Below are positions 34,770 through 47,730 of a stretch of 64,000 bases of DNA, piece by piece. This DNA is from Rhina ancylostomus (taxonomy: Eukaryota), in the NCBI GenBank assembly GCA_030265395.1, contig JARFYF010000002.1:65535043-65599042 (forward strand), in the 5' to 3' direction. Each line of letters begins with the position of its first letter. The first letter of the stretch is position 1. A model generated the notes under the pieces. That model made no database searches and had not been told where the DNA came from. It saw only the letters and a list, made by a program, of their open reading frames with translations. The position numbers and the translations under genes are program-made.

Positions 34770-36450
34770 TCACTTATTTGTAATGATATTTGCTTTGTTT
34801 CAATTGCTTTTCTCCCACCTTCCCTTCCAGATTCAGCTGAATCACATTCAAGTGCATCCAGAGTCTTTGATGTACCAATTTTTTTGCAGTGCCATATACT
34901 GCAGCAAAGTTTGGCATCAATCTGCTGCTGAGAACATTATCTATGAGTGAATGCTTCATAATAACCCTTGATCTGCCTTTCAAGGGTTGCCACTTTAGTG
35001 AGTCTTTCACTGTATGTACTGATCTCTCAGCCTCTCCGTTTGAAGATAGATTGTAAGGAGATGTAAAGCAATGTCTGATCCCACCTTGTTCCACACAGTT
35101 CAAATTGAAATGACTGGAATTGTGGAGTATTATGCAATACAACTTGTCAGAAAGACCATGTGTCACTAAAGTGGATCTGAGTTCCTCCTTAATGCACTGA
35201 TGATGGTGCATGACACCTTGTGCTTTCAGTCAGTCCATGTAAAATAGTTATTCGCCCACACTAGGATGTTGTTCATGCCCTTCTTGCACAATGATCTACA
35301 TTTTGGGGGACACACTATCACAATGTTGATCCAGATCAAACTCACAGAGAACCCAAATGCAGCACACCAATACACGACTGGAGTCAGGATACTTNNNNNN
35401 NNNNNNNNNNNNNNNNNNNNNNNNNNNNNNNNNNNNNNNNNNNNNNNNNNNNNNNNNNNNNNNNNNNNNNNNNNNNNNNNNNNNNNNNNNNNNNAGCATG
35501 GAATCCATGTGCTGGACAACAAGGCATTAATGAGCCAAATTGAGGGCCAGAACTCAGAACCATGACACACACTGCATGGCCATAGGGGCCTCTTCCATGT
35601 TTGGAATGGTGCTCTTGGTGGTTGTGATCTACAGTCCTGCCAGACTAGAGAAGCATTGGCTGACTTTTTCAGATCCTTATCTACACCAGTCTGATAGACA
35701 AAGTTATGAACTACTGCATTTATGTTAGCAAAGCATGAATGATGGTCTTTCATTATTATGTTTCATAATTCTATGGGTATAACTGAACTACCCTATTTGA
35801 TGCAGCCCTGATCTTCAGGCAGCTCAAAATCTCTCTGGTCTTTTCACCCAATATGTGCCCAAATCAGCCCTGCTACTCAAAGTACACTCATGTACTTGCT
35901 TTAATACAAGATTTTTTTGCTTCAATCTCACTATTTCTGTCAATTTTACAGGAAAACCAGCCCCAACTGCCTGAAGGTTGCATGTTGCATTTTTTACATT
36001 TGTCTTAGCATTTGAGTGAGGCAATCTTGATAATTGGATGCTTAATTTTCAATAACCTAGTCATAGAAGCATGGCTCGTCACTGTATCCTCAAATCTGAG
36101 ACTGTAAGAATTGTGGACTTGGTTCCCAGAATACCAACAAAGATATGTGGTCAGTGAACGGTCTGCCTAAGAAGAACCAGTGAAGCTTTGTGTTCCCAAA
36201 GAGGATTGCTAATTACTTCTCCATCTGGGTGTAGTTCTTCTTGGCTTTTTGTTAGCGTGTGTGTGTGACGTAATGCAATGGGACTTCCCTGGCCATTAGC
36301 CATTATTTGGCTTATTGTAACCTCAACTCCATAGCCAGAGGCATCACACGTGAACTTCAGTATTTGGGTGGTTTCATCACACACCAAGGAGGACTCATTA
36401 TTCGGAATTCTCATTCAGAGCATTACGCCTTACACTGCCCCTTTCTACAC
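34770..36450 (-). mobile_element. Ty3/Gypsy LTR-retrotransposon pol fossil (RNase H, integrase zinc finger, integrase core)
   Basis: LKFTCDASGYGVEVTISQIMANGQGSPIA (RNase H 'CDAS.YGVG..I' motif, 36151-36414). GVDKDLKKSANASLVWQDCRSQPPRAPFQTWKRP (integrase N-terminus). GIRHCFTSPYNLSSNGEAERSVHTVKDSL (integrase core). RH-then-IN order is Gypsy-type. Many frameshifts; no LTRs seen. Confidence 0.82.
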
Positions 36451-36867
36451 CACCAGTGTTCATCCTTCTTCAGCAGTTGCCAATGCAGATATCAGTGTGG
36501 TCGTAATGTGTATAATTCATGTAATAACATTAGAAGGGAGCTGATAGTTCTCCAAGCCAATAGGTATTATGGTGCTATTGGAGGCTTATGTTTTATTACT
36601 GTTTAGAACTTTGGCAGGTAAAGTTTTGGCCAGTCTTTATAAGGGCTGTGTTTGAAGACATGTGCACTCAGCAGGCCTGAAGAAAAGAAATATATTTCTT
36701 AAAGGACAAAATTCACCTTCCACTTTTTTTGTACATTAAAACATAACATTAATATTATCTCTCGGACAAGCAGAATACCAGCATAATATTGGGCCATATC
36801 TCAGAAAATCGGACATTGTCAGGTTTTCTGATTTTCATAACAACCTTCATTTTCTCCCTGAAAATTA

Positions 36868-37750
36868 TAAAAGACTGCAGATGCAAGAAAACTGAAGTAA
36901 AACTAGAAAATACTGGAAGCACTCAGCGGGTCAGGCAGTACCTGTGGAAAAGGAAACAAAGGTAAAGCTTTAGGTTGAACAAACTTTGTCCCAACTGGGA
37001 AAGAGAGAAAACAAGTTAGTTTTAGGCTGCAAAAATGGTGGTTGAGGGATGGATAGGAAGGGAATATCTCTGGTAAGGTGAGGTTGGGATTGATAAGTTA
37101 GTGGAGGGAATTAGAAAAAGAGAATATAAACAAAAGAACATAAAAGCTGCAAAATGCAGAGCTGTAGGAAATATCCAGCAGGTCAGTCAGTGCTAATGGA
37201 GAGTGAAAAACTGCCAAGATTACAAGTGAAGGATCGACAACAGAATTGGCCAGTTCTGATACAAAGAGAGAAAATAAGTTACCTGAAACTGTAGAATTTG
37301 ATATTAGGCTGGAAGGCTACATCGAGCACAGTGAAAGGTGAGATACTGTTCCTCAAACTCACCCTGAGCCTTATTCTAACAGTGCAGGAGGTCACAGAGA
37401 GATAGGTCAGAGAGGGAGAGGGATAGACAGGAAAAGTGACAAACAAGGGGAAACTCAGAGATACCCCAACAGACTGAACACAAGTGTTCTGCTACATGGT
37501 TGCCCTATCTGCATTTGGTTGCTCCAAAATAGAGGAGACCACATTTTGACCACTAATGCAGTACATGGTGGTTGTACAAGTGAATCATTGCTTCACCTGG
37601 AAGGATTGTTTGGGCTTTTGGATTGTGGAAAGGGAAGGAGTAAAGATCAGGTGTTATATTTCTTGTGGTTACATAAGAAAGTGTTGTAAGAAAACCGGTT
37701 ATTGGTGGAGTTGGAAGAGCAGACCAGGGATTCAGGAAGCAAATAATCCC
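36868..37750 (-). mobile_element. Penelope-like element: GIY-YIG endonuclease remnant followed by two tandem pseudo-LTR ends
   Basis: Minus strand PKQSFQVKQ*FTC..YCI..SKCGLLYFGATKCR*GNHVAEHLCSV..HFS....LLHC*NKAQGEFEEQYL is a decayed GIY-YIG domain. The terminal motif (cagc.ggtcag) occurs twice (~36925 and ~37175). Confidence 0.75.
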
Positions 37751-39997
37751 TTCAGTATATATTGGTCAAAGCCACAGGGGTTAACTTCCTTATTCTTCTT
37801 CAAACAGTGCATTCGAATTTTTTGCATGTCTCCAGGAAAGCATACAGGCATTCAAATGACAGTAGTTCTGGCAGAATAGCACTCGCTCAGTACAGCACCG
37901 AAGTATCAGCCCAGTATACAAATATACAAAGTATACAAATTGAGCTTGTGGCTCAGAGACAAGAATGATACTAATGGAAGCACAGATGACATTGCAGAAA
38001 TGAAATGCCACCTCATTTTCTCAATAACTGTTCTTATGATTTCTCATGTTGACCTCAGATCCAGTTTGCCAAACCACTGAATCTACTGAAAGCAAGAAAC
38101 CTAGGAACATAAACAGTGTTTCAGTTAAGCTATTCTGACAGTCTAGGTCTGATTAGAAGCCTGTTTTGGCAACCGTTTCTTTATCAATAACATCAATATA
38201 CTTTCCAATTAGTTTGGGACTAATAAGACAAAAATGCTTCTATAAATTCATTCTCTCTAATTTCTTTATTGAAAAAGTTTTTTTTTAAAATTTCAGATGT
38301 CAAATTTATTATTTTAGCTATTTTTTCATAGCACCCTATGATTTTTAACCTGGGAAGACACACAAATAACTTCACGCTTTCTGCCAGTCCTGTTTCATAG
38401 CTGGACATTAGGAATTGGTGCAGGTAGAACACATGTTCCCTTGATCTTTCCTTTCTTTCTCTGAGGAAGCAGCATGTCTTCATTCAGCAGCTCCTCTTTC
38501 TGGTCTAAAATAGTACACGTGAGTCATTGTCCCATTGACCAGTGGGCTGTTAATTTTTGTTTCTGTCTCATGTATACATTATCTAATTTTAAATCTTTAC
38601 CATATAGGCTATATTTAGTTATATTCAGGATAAGCAATTTTAGTAATATTTAGGTTTAGAAGTACTGTGCAGTCACAGCCCTTACTCACTTTCATTCTTT
38701 AGTCATATGCGCTAAACATCGTTAAATGCAAATTTTTGTCTTTAGCTGTATTATTCTTTCCACATGTTGCTTTTTATGTGATAATTTGCCTCACAGTTTG
38801 TCCATTCTCTCTGACAACTCTGCTGCCTCATCAGACATCCCAAATGTTCTATCTCCGTATCTTTATTCTTATGGTAAGGCTCTCTCTAACCAGCTGAGGT
38901 GTTTTATTTGAATAATCTGTGGAATGTAAACAGTATTTAATCTGGTATAGCCACAAACAATCAGATAAGAAGAATTATAATTTTTGTATTTAGACAGTAA
39001 AGGCCATGTCTAATCCTTGTGGATTCTCATGTGAATGACGGTTAATTTGTAGATTATGAGGCCTATATTTGTTTAGATTGGAGATAGCAATTTAAAACAC
39101 TTGGCACCTTAGCTGCTGCACACTTATTCCTGAACCACATTCTCTCCAACAGTAGACATCGAAAATCAGACAGAAAGGCTACACTCAATGTTTCCTGACA
39201 AAGGAATGTCAGATGTTTCTGTCGACTCCATTTTTTCACAGTAGGTGAAGTCACAGTGTATTAAATTTCACAAGCTATTCAGAACAGCATTAATAACACT
39301 TTTCAAGGTGCTTGTACTATTGTGCATGAAAGCTGGAAAGAACATCTCCTGTGTAAGTGATATCCAGCCAGATGAATGTAACCATATATCAATCTCGCTC
39401 TTCCCAACCGCATGCGCAGAATTACTTANNNNNNNNNNNNNNNNNNNNNNNNNNNNNNNNNNNNNNNNNNNNNNNNNNNNNNNNNNNNNNNNNNNNNNNN
39501 NNNNNNNNNNNNNNNNNNNNNNNNNNNNTCCCAACTGCATGCGCAGAATTACTTACTTGCATAAGGCTGTTAAAAGTCACAATGCAGATAAAACAGAAGC
39601 AACAAAGCACTGGATATGGCTTTAACCTGAGCCAAGGATGTCACACCTCCATTAGCAGCCACCAAAAATAATGGCTGACTGTTACAAATAAACAATTTTC
39701 TTCTACCAATCATGCTGGACTTAGTATTTTTTATATCAATATCACCCAGCATTAAAAGCATAAGGCATTATTGTATGAAATTGTTCTGTAATTTAATTTG
39801 TTAAATATTTAACAAAAAAATCCAAAGATAAGGTTTCCAGGCAGATCTTTTTCTTAAAACAAAGGAGAGTATGACAATATGTTAATTATCATCATGTAGC
39901 TGTGTCCATTTTTTTGACTTAAAACGATAGATTTTTTTTTACCAAAACACTTTGAAAATGATGTACTATTAGAAATGAGCCTTGTCTGCTACATGAC

Positions 39998-40565
39998 ATG
40001 AACATAAGAAATAGGAGCAGGAGTAGGCCATGTTGCCCTTTGAGCCTGCTCTACCATTCATCAAAATAAAAGTCATTGAGTCATATTCATACAGCACAGA
40101 AATAGGCTCTTCAGCCACGATGTCCATGCTGCTTATTGCACCTCTCTCCACTAATCTCATTTACCTCCATAATCTTCCATGCTTTTATGATTCAGGTACA
40201 TGTCTAGATGCAGTTTAAATGTCATGACAATATCTGCCTCCACCACCTCTTAAGGCAGCGCAGTCTAGACTCCAACCACCCACTGTGTGAAATATTTACC
40301 CCTCAGATACCATCTAAATCTCCTACCTCTCACCTTTAACCTAGGCCCTCTTGTCTTAGATGGAAAAAATATTTTTACTATCTGCCCTATCTAGTCCCCT
40401 CCCCATGACTTTGTACACCTCTATCAGGGTCACCCCTCAGCCTTCTCCACTCCAGGGAAAACAAACACAGCTTATCTAGTCTCTCCTTATAATTGTAACG
40501 CTCCTATCTAGGAAATGTGAATATTCTCTGCACCCTCTCATGCTTAATCACATCCTTCTTATAGT
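39998..40565 (-). mobile_element. CR1 3' ends (two nested copies)
   Basis: gaacataagaaataggagcaggagtaggcc terminus, followed by a second terminus (acagcacagaaataggctcttcagccc) and CR1 ORF2 C-terminal remnants. Confidence 0.7.
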
Positions 40566-40569
40566 GTGG

Positions 40570-41755
40570 CGATCAGATCTTTTACCTCAATGTTCAGAGA
40601 TCTCTGTTTTGTATGAACAGATCCTCTATATGCATCTGGGGTAGAGAATTCCAAAAACTCACTGCCCTCTAAGTGAATACATCTCTTCTCAATCCAACAC
40701 AGCACGGACCTTATTCGGAGACTGTGCCCTCTGGTCCTAGACTCCTCAGTCATGGGAAACATCTTCCCTGTAACCAAGTTGTCAAACCCTGGAAGAATTT
40801 TGTAGGATGCAATGAGATCTCCTCTCATGCTTTTAAACTCTAGGGAACATATTCCTAGTTGACTCAATCTCTCCTCATAGGACAAAGTCACCATTTCTGG
40901 AACTAGTCTAGTGAAGCTTCACTGTACTCTCTTGTTGGCCAGGTATATCTTTTCTTTATTGAGGAGACCAAACTTAGCACAGAACCTCAGATACAGCCTC
41001 AGCAATGCCGTAAACAATTGCAGTAAATCTCTCTGACTCCTGTATTCAAATCCTCTAGTAATTTATCTTTTGCATTCCTAATAGCTTGCTTCATTTGCAT
41101 GTTGGTTTATAGTGACTTGTATATATGGAAACATAGCTCCCTTTGAACAACAACATCAATCAATCTCTCAATCCCTCACCATTTAACACACATTCTGCTT
41201 TTCTGCCTTGTGCTCCAAAGTCAAAGGCTCGACTATTTCCATGTTATATTCCACTTGCCATGTTCTCCTCCAGTGATTCATTTTATCCATATCCTGCCTG
41301 TTTACATCCTCCTACATATTCACCTAGTTTCACATTATCATCAAACTTGGAAATATGATATTTGGTCCCCTCAGTCAAATTGTTGGTATAAATTGTGAAT
41401 AGTTGGGGTCACAGCAGTGATCTCTGCAGTACTCCAATAGTCACAGCCTGCCAACTGAAGAAAGATCCATTTATTCTCACTCTTTGCTTTCCGTCCAATA
41501 ACCAAAGCTCAAACCATGTCAATATATTACCCTGTGTCTATGTAGTCTAATTTTGTTGAACCACATCCACTGGTTCCCCCCCCCACCCCCCCCCCCCAAG
41601 TCACATCTTCACAGAATTCCAGAAAGGTTCTCAAAGATTGGTCAATGAGGACTTTCCTTTTATAAATCCAATCTGATTCTGAACAATTATTCTTTTCAAG
41701 CTCTTCCATTATTACATTATTCATTATAGATTCCAGCATTTTCCCTACTATAGAT
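40570..41755 (-). mobile_element. CR1 LINE ORF2 fragment
   Basis: LSYEERLSQLGICSLEFKSMRGDLIASYKILPGFD..MFPMTEESRTRGHSLRIR (40559-40894) and MLESIMNNVIMEELEKNN (41527-41739). Confidence 0.8.
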
Positions 41756-42660
41756 GTTACTGCTGGCTTGTTGGTGTAGCAGTGGATAATCTTAACTTGG
41801 TTTCTCTTGACTATTCCATAAATAATATCGAGCTGAAAACTAATTATGGAGAATATGTGTAATACCAGTTTGTTATCGGTAGATATATTTTTGTGAAACT
41901 ATTTCCCAAATGAATTCAAATATTCAGAATTACAGTGGATGTCTTCAAAGTGCAATTTAGGTGGGAGAAATGCTAGGTGTAAGTAAACTTCATACCTAAT
42001 CTGCAACCACTTCAGCATGTAATCAAGACCTGAGGGACCTGGGGCGATGAAGACATTATTTAACAGAAATTCACATCATGAAATCAGAGTTTGTACGTCT
42101 GCTTGAAGCACCTACATCTAAATTTTCATTTTAGTGGAAGAACCTTTTCCCAAACAGGTCAAACCTGATTGTTGGGCCAGGTTAAATACCTGAGGAACTA
42201 ATTGGTGATGGTTCCTTTTTGTCAACAGCTCTTTGTTGTGAACGTTTCTGACATTCCCTGTGGAGGAAGGTGGATACTTCACTTACCATGGTGCAAGCTC
42301 TCCTAAAGCGTAGGTGAATAATTAGGACAATTCCATTATCCACAATGATTCTATTGAAAGTATTACAACAGTGAAACACCTTTTTTAAAATTCATCACAG
42401 TAACAAAGAGGTTAACAATCAGCTTCATTCCCAATTTAAACTGATACAATTGGTAAAGATTTAGGTCAGCTTCCCTGGGACCATGTTATTCAATACAAAT
42501 TCAAACTTAGACTGGGATTTATTCGTACTTAATTGGTGTTATTTTCTGAAAATGAATTAATTAAATCTGCCCAGCTCTGTTCACATTTTTTGAAAATAGA
42601 CATTATTTAACAGAAATTTGCATCATGAAATCAGAGTTTGTATGCCCCTATTTGAAAATA

Positions 42661-43055
42661 GGGGCGGCACGGTAGCGTAGTAGTTAGCACGATGCTATTA
42701 CAGCACCAGCGACCTGGGTTTGATTCCCACTGCGGCCTGTAAGGAGTTTGTACGTTCTCCCGTGTCTGTGTGGGTTTCCTCTGGGTGCTCCAGTTTCCTC
42801 CCACATTCCAANNNNNNNNNNNNNNNNNNNNNNNNNNNNNNNNNNNNNNNNNNNNNNNNNNNNNNNNNNNNNNNNNNNNNNNNNNNNNNNNNNNNNNNNN
42901 NNNNNNNNNNNGGTTTCCTCTGGGTGCTCCAGTTTCCTCCCACATTCCAAAGACGTACGGGTAGGTTAATTTGGGGTTTAAAATGGGCTGCGCGGACTCA
43001 TTGGGCCGGAAGGGCCTGTTACCATGCTGTAAGTAAAATTAAAAAAATTTTTTAT
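42661..43055 (+). mobile_element. V-domain tRNA-SINE, type B (CR1-like) tail, spanning a 100-N gap
   Basis: ggggcggcacggtagcgtagtagttagc head, V-domain, then gtaggttaatttggggtttaaaatgggc..ttgggccggaagggcctgttaccatgctgta and an A/T-rich tail. Confidence 0.85.
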
Positions 43056-43859
43056 TTAAAAATGTATCAGTTTTATCCTTAAAAAGACATTAGCTAGGTA
43101 ACTTCACAGAGGAGGTGAGAAAAGGACAGGAACAAGGACATTGTCAATTTCACAACATTGTACAGTAGTTCTAAATTATTTATTTTCTACTTAATGAAAC
43201 TATGATTAACACCTAATATATATTGGGATGAAGTTGGTATTGCAAAACAGACAATACCACATGAACAACTCACTTTTTATCGCATTTGATCTTTGCAGCC
43301 TCAGAATTCCCTGTGAACACAACCTGAGTTCTGACCACAAATGCTTTACACTACAATTGCCACCTACTCAACTCTGTACATCACTGACCTCTCATTCTAC
43401 CTTGGTATATCTGTAACTGAATCCTTACCCAAGCACTTGGCATCTCCTGACTTGACTATTCCAATGCATCCCTTGATGGTATCCTCTCCTCCCTCTCTTG
43501 CTCATTCAAACCTGTGCTGAGTTTGTGCATTCAACAATCTTTGAAATATATAGAAGTAGGCTCTATTTGTGTTCCTCAAATGCACAGGATATCTGGGCAA
43601 ATACTTTCTAGGACAGAGAACTAATTCTCACCTGTGTTCAACTATGCAAACATTATAGATATCCAGATTAACATACATGAGACAATAAAATTGATCCATT
43701 TGCTGCAATGGAAAGGAAACTTGGAGTGGGGGAGAGGGGGAAGTGAGGTAATAGTAAATAACAGAGCATATAATATCACATGTATAATGTCCCCTGAAGG
43801 TTGAAGCTCCAGCATTATCTCCATTCTCATGTGCATTGTTCTCTCATGTTATACAGCGG

Positions 43860-44150
43860 GTCACGAACCTGTGATATTCACCACCTGGAAGGGCAAGAGC
43901 ACAATTCATTTAATGCTACTACCACCTCCAGGCTCCCTCCAAGTTGCACAACTGAACTCTAAATATATTAGAATTTCTTCATTGTTGCTGAGTCTGAATC
44001 CTAAAACTCCTTACTCAATGGCAATGTGGGCATACCTTCCCCACAAGAAGTGCAGCAATTGTAGAATACGGCTTACCACCACCTTCTCAAAGCAATTATG
44101 GATGGACAATAAATCCTGATCTTTCCAGCAATGTCCACATCCAAAAAAAA
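43860..44150 (+). mobile_element. Old CR1/L2-group LINE 3' end
   Basis: caccaccttctcaaagcaattatggatggacaataaatcctgatctttccagcaatgtccacatccaaaaaaaa resembles a common elasmobranch LINE terminus (from recall). Confidence 0.55.
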
Positions 44151-44489
44151 CAGAGCAAATAATAAAATGAACCTGAATAATGTACTCCACTCTTAATCTA
44201 CACTTTTTTTCTCTGTGCCATTGATTTATATTTTGCTATCACTCACCTGTATCTAAATATCCTGTCAGCTCAATTTATTTCCTTGTTTTATTCCTCTCTT
44301 TCCATTCTAATCTTTTCCAGTTCCTTTACTGCCTGTTTCTGGAGCTTCTCATTTTCTTTTCCATTTTGTCTGAACAGGAAGTTCAATGCTGTGTGATCTT
44401 CCAGCTTTTTCCCTCTCGTTTTCTTTTGCATTTATTATGTCGAGGATAATAACGGAACCTCTTCTGCCTTCTGCCTGCTTTTGTTAGTC

Positions 44490-45201
44490 CTTCAGGATTG
44501 AGGATGATTTCCTTCCACTGCAGTTCTCAGGGAATTGAGATGAATGAGGAGACCAATGCAGGACCCAGAGTCCCTACTACCGATGAGGCAGGAGGTGCCT
44601 GAAAAGATGAGCAGTTGGATATTTGACAAGTAGTGCACTCCTGCTGATTATGCTGGGGTTCTCTGCATAAAAGCAAGCATCTCAGTGACATCTGAGTGTG
44701 GTTTCACAACTTTAAGCAATCATGGACCAGAGATTGCCAAGGGATAATGGAGATATTGCAATCTTGCAAGGACATTTTGACAGAATCTTTGACCCTTTTC
44801 CTCTATTTGCATAGTAATCTTTACCCACGACAGAGTAGAATGTACGTTTCAGGACTTTAGTATCAGGCATGTGAACGACATGATCTGTCCAATGGATCTG
44901 ATCGATTCTAACTAGGGCCTCAAGGCCTGGTATTTTGGCCGAGGAAAGGATGTTGGCATCAGTTTTCTTATCCCAAGAGTGAAATTGGAGGATTTTGCAG
45001 AATAGAGTTGGTATTGTTTCTCCAGTGATTTAAGGTGTCTGCTGTAGGTTGCATAAATCTCAGGAACATGTGGGAGGCAGAGATCACTGCTGCCTGGCAG
45101 ACCAGGAGTTTTGCGCTAGGTATGAAGTCTTGTTCTTCAAACAACCTTCTCATTAGACAGACTAAGGCTGTGTAGATACACTGAAGGCAATGGTAAATTT
45201 A
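44490..45201 (-). mobile_element. RTE-clade LINE, 3' part (continues at 47049)
   Basis: MRRLFEEQDFIPSAKLLVCQAAVIS (RTE 'RVFEDQD..P.TKL.VY.AAVI'). 3' segment homologous to 9780-10260. Confidence 0.72.
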
Positions 45202-45202
45202 A

Positions 45203-45280
45203 AATAAGATATCTTTATTAGTCACATGTACATCAAAACACACAGTGAAATGCATCTTTTGCGTAAAGTGTTCTGGGGGC
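45203..45280 (-). mobile_element. Type A V-SINE tail, running into a gap
   Basis: taagatatctttattagtcacatgtacatcaaaacacacagtgaaatgcatc is the reverse complement of the type A tail. Confidence 0.85.
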
Positions 45281-45380
45281 NNNNNNNNNNNNNNNNNNNN
45301 NNNNNNNNNNNNNNNNNNNNNNNNNNNNNNNNNNNNNNNNNNNNNNNNNNNNNNNNNNNNNNNNNNNNNNNNNNNNNNNN

Positions 45381-46227
45381 GAAGGTTATCAAAGGTTCCA
45401 GCGGGAAATAGATCAGTTGGAAATATGGGCAGAAAATGGCAGATGGAGATTAATCTGGATAAGTGTGAGGTGTTGCACTTTGGAGGTCAAACGTAAGAGA
45501 AATATATACAGTAAATAGCAGGATCCTTAGGTGTGCTGATATACAGAGAGATCTTGGGGTGCAAGTCCATAGCTCCCTGAAAGTGGCAACAGAACTAGAC
45601 AGGGTGGTAAAAAAGGCGTAAGGCATACTTGCCTTCATAGTTCAGGGTGTTGACTATGAAAGTTGCGGTCATGTTGCAGGGATATAAAACTTTGGTTCGC
45701 CACAATTGGAGTATAGTGTGCAGTTCTTGTCACCACATTACAGGAAGGATGCCAAGGCCTTGGAGATGATGCAGAAGCCGTTCATCAGGATGTTGCCTGA
45801 ATTAGAGAGTATTAGCTATAGGGAGAGGTTGGACAAGCTTGAATTGTTTTCTCTGGAGCACTGGAGGCTGAGAGGAGATCTGATAGAAGTTTGTAAAATG
45901 ATGAGAGGCAGATGCTCAGAGTCTTTTCCCCAGGGTGGAAATGTCAAATACTTTGGTTTAAGATAAGAGGGGGAAAGTTTAAAGGTGATTTACAAGGCCT
46001 GCTTTTTTTACACAGTGGTAGGTATCTGGAACTAGCTGCCAGGGGAGGAGGTGGAAATAGATACGATAACAACATTTAAGAGGCATTTAGACAGACATAT
46101 GAACAGGCAGGGTATGGAGGGATATAGACCATGTGCAGGCAGATGGGATTGTTCAATTGGCATAATGGTTGACATAGAAATTGTGGGCTGAAGGGCCTGT
46201 TCCTGTGTAGTACTGTTCTATGTTCTA
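45381..46227 (+). mobile_element. CR1 LINE 3' ~850 bp
   Basis: KWQMEINLDKCEVLHFG; EYSVQFLSPHYRKDAKALEMMQKPFIRMLPELESISYRERLDKLELFSLEHWRLRGDLIEVCKMMRG; terminus gggctgaagggcctgttcctgtgtagtactgttctatgttcta. Confidence 0.9.
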
Positions 46228-46759
46228 GTTGACAGGTGAAGATGCTGAAACCAACTTACCGATCCAAATCCCTGCAAAATACTTGTCATAAATAATAGAC
46301 ATTAATAATTAAAATTCTTGGGTAAATTATTAACTCCCAACATTTGTAAATCTGAATTCTTTCATCAAATTATGATTGAATCTCAGGCAATAATCATGTT
46401 CCTCACCTTCTTCTTCTCAGATTGGTAGATTGTGCTTTGTATAAAGAAGACAACATTCTTTTTCAGTATTCTTCTAATCTTAAATAGTAGTTGTACAAGA
46501 GTTTTTTTTCCAAATTCTAACTTGGTCAAGTGCCTTCGCCAAATCTCTGCAGGTGCTTTCACGTTATAACAGGGAGGGATGTTTTCAAATTATTGTAATT
46601 GCATTTTTGGGGAGGGGGCAGTGGTGGTGGAGGGAATGACTCTCAGCTGTTGTGCCTTATAGATCTGGGGAAAATAGAGCCAAGCAGAAATCTTTAAAAT
46701 GCATGATTTCTTGGAGCTTATTAACTTACATGCCATGTGACTAAAGCACGGGGAACTTA

Positions 46760-47048
46760 AGATAAGATTAGTCACATGTACATCGAAACACAGTGAAATG
46801 CACCCTTGCGTAGAGTTTTCTGGGGGCAGACCGCAAGTGTCGCCACACTGCCGTCGCCAACATAGCATGCCCACAACTTCCTAACCCGTACATCTTTGGA
46901 ATCTGGGAGGAAACCGAAACACCTGGAGAAAACCCATGCAGGCATGGGAAGAATGTACAAACTCCTTACGGACAGTGGCCGGAATTGAACCTGGGTCACT
47001 GGCGCTGTAATAGTGTTCCGCTAACCACTACACTACCATGCCTGCCCT
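46760..47048 (-). mobile_element. Type A V-SINE, full length
   Basis: Reverse complement of the head, V-domain and tail seen at 7340-7632. Confidence 0.88.
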
Positions 47049-47730
47049 AATTTCAATCTTGATGTCTGCTTTCACCAGGATATAGTTCCCAAGATGTGAG
47101 AAGTGGTCCACATTTTACATGGTGAAATAGTGGACCTTCATTGTCAGAGGGTAGTATTGTGCCATGGGGGCAGGATGGTAGAGAAATTTTGTTTCCAGAT
47201 GTTGAGCATAAGTCCCAAATGCCTCAATGAATTAAAGCTCAGCTGGTGAATGTACGTAAGTACAATTGTCATCTGTGAGCTGCAATTTAACCACTGAAGC
47301 TAAGGTGACCTTATTTCCAGAATAACAAGGTGACGTGGAATAAAGGTGATGTAGATTGAATCCCATTAGTTCCAAAGATTCCCAATCCAATGGGAAGGCT
47401 GTTGGAGCTGAGGTCAGCATTGCTGTGACGAAGATTGAAAAAGCATTGGGGCAGTGATGTAGCCTTGCTTCACACTGGTCTGCACTGAGGTTGGGTCTAC
47501 CAAGGACCCATTGGTTAGGATCAGGGATTACATGACATCACAAACCAAACGTAAAATGAAGATGAATTTCCACAGGCAGCCAAATTGAGGAGGGTGCTCC
47601 CAACTGATTAACAGAGTCAAAGGCTTTAGTGAGGTCAAAAAAGTTCATGTACAGTGGCTGGTGCTGCTCCCTGCACTTCTCTTGGAGCTGTGATGTGGTG
47701 AAGGTCATGTTGACTGTACCACAGTGGGAG
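47049..47730 (-). mobile_element. RTE-clade LINE RT fragment (upstream continuation of 44490-45201)
   Basis: GTVNMTFTTSQLQEKCREQHQPLYMNFFDLTKAFDSVN (RTE RT motif). Near 47050-47120 reads NVDHFSHLGNYILVKADIKIEI. Confidence 0.82.

Noticed and set aside
39400-39557. Direct repeats flanking 100-N gaps (also 42770-42950, 50580-50741, 53148-53355)
   Set aside because: Near-identical sequence on both sides of fixed-size gaps indicates unmerged contig overlaps or haplotypes, an assembly artefact.
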